A stretch of 64,000 nt of DNA, from contig CAVTTN010000002.1 in the NCBI GenBank assembly GCA_963737655.1, positions 256,001 through 320,000 on the forward strand. Reading direction: 5' to 3'. Position numbers and translations under genes: made by a program. Each line of letters starts with the position of its first letter. The first letter of the stretch is position 1. The stretch comes from an uncultured Planctomycetota bacterium (GTDB taxonomy: Bacteria; Planctomycetota; Planctomycetia; Isosphaerales; Isosphaeraceae). Below, in pieces: positions 60,671-64,000 of this stretch. The notes under the pieces are model-generated. The model was not told where the DNA came from. It searched no databases and saw nothing but the letters and a program-made list of their open reading frames with translations.

Positions 60671-61675
60671 ATGCCGGCCACGATGTTCTACGACCAGGAC
60701 GCCGACCTGGGCTTGCTCAAGGGCAAGACGATCGCCATCATCGGCTACGGCAGCCAGGGACATGCCCAGGCCCAGAACCTCCGCGACTCGGGCTGCGACG
60801 TGATCGTCGGCCAGCGCCCCGGTTCGGCCAATTATGACCTCGCCGTGAAGGACGGTTTCCAGCCCGTCAGCGCCTCCGAGGCCGCCTCGCGGGGCGACCT
60901 CGTCAACCTCTTGCTGCCCGACGAGGTCACGGCCGAGGTCTACGACCGCGACGTCAAGCCCAACCTCAAGCCCGGCGACCTGTTGCTCTGCTCCCACGGG
61001 TTCAACATCCACTTCGGCCAGGTCGTCCCGCCGGTGGGCGTCGATAGCGCCCTGGTCGCCCCGAAGGGGCCGGGCCACCTCGTCCGCAGCGAGTTCGTCA
61101 AGGGAGGCGGAGTCCCCTGCCTGATCGCCTTCGGCGAGGGATGCTCCGAAACCGGCAAGAAACTCGCCCTCGCCTACGCCAAGGGGATCGGCGGCACCCG
61201 GGGAGGCGTCCTCCAGACCACCTTCGCCGAGGAGACCGAGACCGACCTGTTCGGCGAGCAGGTGGTCCTCTGCGGAGGCGTCAGCGCCCTGGTGAAGATG
61301 GGCTTCGAGACCCTCATCGAGGCCGGTTACCAGCCCGAGAGCGCCTATTTCGAGTGCCTCCACGAGCTGAAGCTGATCGTGGACCTCATGTACCAGGGCG
61401 GCCTGAACTACATGAGGTACAGCATCTCTAACACGGCCGAATATGGCGATTACACCCGGGGCCCCCGGATCGTCAACGAGCAAACCCGGGCCGAGATGAA
61501 GAAGATCCTCGGCGAGATCCAGTCCGGCCAGTTCGCCCGGGAGTGGATCCTGGAGAACAAGGCCGGGCGGCCCGGCTTCCTCGCCACCAAGAGGCGGGAA
61601 CGTCAGCACCCGGTCGAGGAAGTCGGCAAGAGGCTCCGCTCGCTGATGACCTGGATCGATTCGAAGACCGTGTGA
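60671..61675 (+). CDS. ilvC: Ketol-acid reductoisomerase
   Basis: [31 protein letters not shown]. Confidence 0.97.
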   Translation: MPATMFYDQDADLGLLKGKTIAIIGYGSQGHAQAQNLRDSGCDVIVGQRPGSANYDLAVKDGFQPVSASEAASRGDLVNLLLPDEVTAEVYDRDVKPNLKPGDLLLCSHGFNIHFGQVVPPVGVDSALVAPKGPGHLVRSEFVKGGGVPCLIAFGEGCSETGKKLALAYAKGIGGTRGGVLQTTFAEETETDLFGEQVVLCGGVSALVKMGFETLIEAGYQPESAYFECLHELKLIVDLMYQGGLNYMRYSISNTAEYGDYTRGPRIVNEQTRAEMKKILGEIQSGQFAREWILENKAGRPGFLATKRRERQHPVEEVGKRLRSLMTWIDSKTV

Positions 61676-61694
61676 TCGCGACGGCGGGACGGCA

Positions 61695-61728
61695 ACCACC
61701 TTCCGCGCTTGGAAACGCGGAAGATGGT
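61695..61728. terminator. Hairpin between convergent genes
   Basis: ACCACCTTCCGCG / CGCGGAAGATGGT stem; no U-tract. Confidence 0.4.
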
Positions 61729-61751
61729 GCCCCGCTCCACCTCGCCGACGA

Positions 61752-62263
61752 TCAGGCGACGCACTCGGCCAGTTCCTCGGCCTTGGGGGCCTGCATGGCG
61801 GCCATCGCCTCTTTCATCTTCGCGTCCATCTGTTCCGGGGTGAGGTCTTCGACGTGGGTGGCCAGCGACCAGAGGTGGCCGGCCGGGTCCTGGATCTTGG
61901 CGAAGCGATCGCCCCAGAACATGTCCATCGGCGGCATCAGCACGGTGGCGCCGGCCTCGACCGCCCTGGCGAACGTCGCATCCACGTCCTCGATATAATG
62001 ATGGATCGTCACCGGGGAGCCGCCCAGGGCCAGGGGCTCTTCGGACCCATCGACGGGAACTCCTCGGAGAGCATCACCAGCGAATCGCCGATCTTCAGGG
62101 TCGAATGCATGATCAGGCCCGTCTGCGGGCAGGTCATCCGGTGCATCTCCTTCGCACCGAACGCCTTCTCGTAGAATGCCACCGCGCTCGGGGCATCCTT
62201 CGCCGTCAGGTACGGCGTGATCGCGTGCTGACCATCCGGGATCGGCTTCACACCATCGGCCAT
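61752..62263 (-). CDS. VOC/PhnB-like glyoxalase, frameshift near 62035
   Basis: VKPIPDG..ITPYL...FY..AFGA, then DMFWGDR...DP.GH.W. Confidence 0.85.
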
Positions 62264-62430
62264 GACACCCTCCTGGGCGAAAAGGGATCGATCCTTGGGT
62301 CCTGACCACCTGTGCATCAGGACCGGGATCGAGCGATGAACAGACCACAGATCGGACGGGATGTCAACGTCCGTTCAGTCCTTTTTCGCGATTTTCGGGA
62401 TTTCGGGCGGAACCGAACGGAGGGCGAATC

Positions 62431-62661
62431 ATGGCCGAGATCGCGGAAAAAGTCCCAGAGAGCGTCCCCGGAAGGTTTTACGTCGATCGCACATGTATCG
62501 ACTGCGACCTCTGCCGCGAGACCGCGCCCGGGAATTTCGCCCGAGAAGATCGTCAGGGGTACAGCTTCGTGACCCGCCAGCCCGCCAACCCGGCCGAGGA
62601 AGCCGCCTGCCGGGCCGCCCTGGAAGAATGCCCGGTCGAGGCGATCGGCTGCGACGGATGA
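62431..62661 (+). CDS. Ferredoxin
   Basis: CIDCDLC...CPVEAIG. Confidence 0.88.
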   Translation: MAEIAEKVPESVPGRFYVDRTCIDCDLCRETAPGNFAREDRQGYSFVTRQPANPAEEAACRAALEECPVEAIGCDG

Positions 62662-62691
62662 TCCGGTGCTGGAACGGCACCGACCACGAGA

Positions 62692-62719
62692 CCATCGGGT
62701 GCATTTCATGCACCGATGG
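62692..62719. repeat. Single REP-like hairpin, same family as 11329-11422
   Basis: CCATCGGGTGCATTTCATGCACCGATGG. Confidence 0.55.
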
Positions 62720-62724
62720 CGATG

Positions 62725-64000
62725 TCAGTCGCCGTTCAGGACCGCCATCGCGGCGTTCCTTCCGTTGATCCCGATCACGCTGCCTCCGGGGTGGGTGCAG
62801 GCCCCGCAGAGGAACAGGCCGTCCATGGGCGTTTTGGATTTAAGTCGTTGGTCCCAGAGATATTGCGGCAGGCATTCCCCCTGGAAGATGTGGCCGCCCG
62901 AGAGCCCGACCCTCGCCTCGATGTCCGGCGGGCCGAGCACCTGGACGGCCTCGATCGCCTCGGGCCAGTTCGTCACGAATCGGCCGATCGAGTCGAGAAC
63001 AGCCTTCTGAACGTCCCCTCGCCGCGAGTCCCAATCGCCGTTTATGAACGAATTTGGCACATACTGGGCGAAAACGCTCATCGTGTGGCGACCCGGAGGG
63101 GCCACGCTCGGATCGACGGCCGTTTGAAAGTACAGCTCGGTCCAAATTCGTTCGGGTATCCGGCCCGATTGGGCCGTCCGATGCGCCGAGTGCCATTCCA
63201 TCTTGCTCAAGGGCGTATTGATCTGGCCCCGATGATGCGGCTGATCGGTTCCGGGGAGGCAGGCGAAGTTCGGCAATTCCCGGAGGGCCAGGTTGAGTTT
63301 CGCGGTGCATCCAAGTTGCGGGATGGATTCGACTTGCGACTTCCACGCCGGGTCCGCCATGTCGCCCAGAAGGCTCAAAGTCCGCCGAGGGTCGGCGTTG
63401 GAGACGACGCATCGGGCCTCGATCCGGTCGCCGCCCTCCAGCTCCACGCCTCGCCCCGGCACGACCCTCGCCACGGGGGCCTCGGCAAGGATCACGGCGC
63501 CGGCCTCCCGGGCGGCTTCGGCCAAAAAGAGCGAGACGCGGCCCATCCCGCCGTGGACATAGCCCCAGCCCCCGGGGACCCCTCCGAGGCGACCCGACTG
63601 GTGGTGGAAGTGGATCGAGGCCGTGCCCGGATCGTGCGGGCTCGCATTGGTCCCGATCACTCCCTGGCCAAGATAGGCCATCTGGAGGCGTTCGTCGGAC
63701 AGGAAATGCTCGACGTACTCGACCATGGACCACTCGAAGAGCATCTTGATTGCTTCGGAATCGCCTCGGAGGCGGCCTTCGAGCTGCTCGCGAGACGGGG
63801 CGGGGCCGATCCAGACGTCCCGGTCGTCGTCGGGGCGGAGGGCGTCGCGGAGCCGCCGTTTCACGTCGCCCATCGCCCGCCAGCCGTCGAAATCCCTGGG
63901 GAACTTCCGGCGGATCTCGGCCTGGCAGCGGGCGTCGTCGTCCCAGAGCTGGACGTGGCTGCCATCGTCGAACGGGACGAACAGCCCGGCGTCGGCGAGG
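62725..64000 (-). CDS. Phytoene-dehydrogenase-like FAD oxidoreductase (5' end outside window)
   Basis: GGMG.VS, DPSVAP.G.H, GGHIFQG, GACTHPGG.V.G..G.NAA. Confidence 0.85.
   Translation of the reverse strand, partial: LADAGLFVPFDDGSHVQLWDDDARCQAEIRRKFPRDFDGWRAMGDVKRRLRDALRPDDDRDVWIGPAPSREQLEGRLRGDSEAIKMLFEWSMVEYVEHFLSDERLQMAYLGQGVIGTNASPHDPGTASIHFHHQSGRLGGVPGGWGYVHGGMGRVSLFLAEAAREAGAVILAEAPVARVVPGRGVELEGGDRIEARCVVSNADPRRTLSLLGDMADPAWKSQVESIPQLGCTAKLNLALRELPNFACLPGTDQPHHRGQINTPLSKMEWHSAHRTAQSGRIPERIWTELYFQTAVDPSVAPPGRHTMSVFAQYVPNSFINGDWDSRRGDVQKAVLDSIGRFVTNWPEAIEAVQVLGPPDIEARVGLSGGHIFQGECLPQYLWDQRLKSKTPMDGLFLCGACTHPGGSVIGINGRNAAMAVLNGD

Overview
High-GC bacterial chromosomal window, most likely Planctomycetota (Isosphaeraceae-like), inferred from DUF1501/DUF1549-DUF1553 pairs, a PEP-CTERM protein and the actC-G/sco/cox cluster. 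1-26.8 kb and 38.4-64 kb are ordinary genes: alternative complex III plus caa3 oxidase, planctomycete cytochrome/DUF1501 pairs, aroE, sulfatase, yebC, dapL, folK, smpB, marR-pirin-wrbA, recQ, a Gld-like ABC system, ilvN, ilvC and others. Between about 27.5 and 38.3 kb lies an integron cassette array with a candidate promoter, an attI-like site and ~100-bp attC sites but no integrase in the window; identical duplicated cassettes suggest recent activity. The most notable signal is a family of IS110 elements inserted at GCCT^AAC in the attC core. The upstream non-coding end of the intact element (32184-33985) carries a 7-nt match to the attC target and a 7-nt match to its own terminus. A 380-bp transposase-less relative (30270-30649) keeps the same scaffold and target match, while its donor match has changed together with its terminus. 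This points to an attC-programmed bridge RNA with a non-autonomous, guide-RNA-only derivative. Several solo ends, a second IS110 lineage apparently at the mirror core site, and REP-like elements are eroding the distal array. About nine frameshifts or nonsense codons in unrelated genes suggest assembly errors. All calls are by eye; no searches were run.
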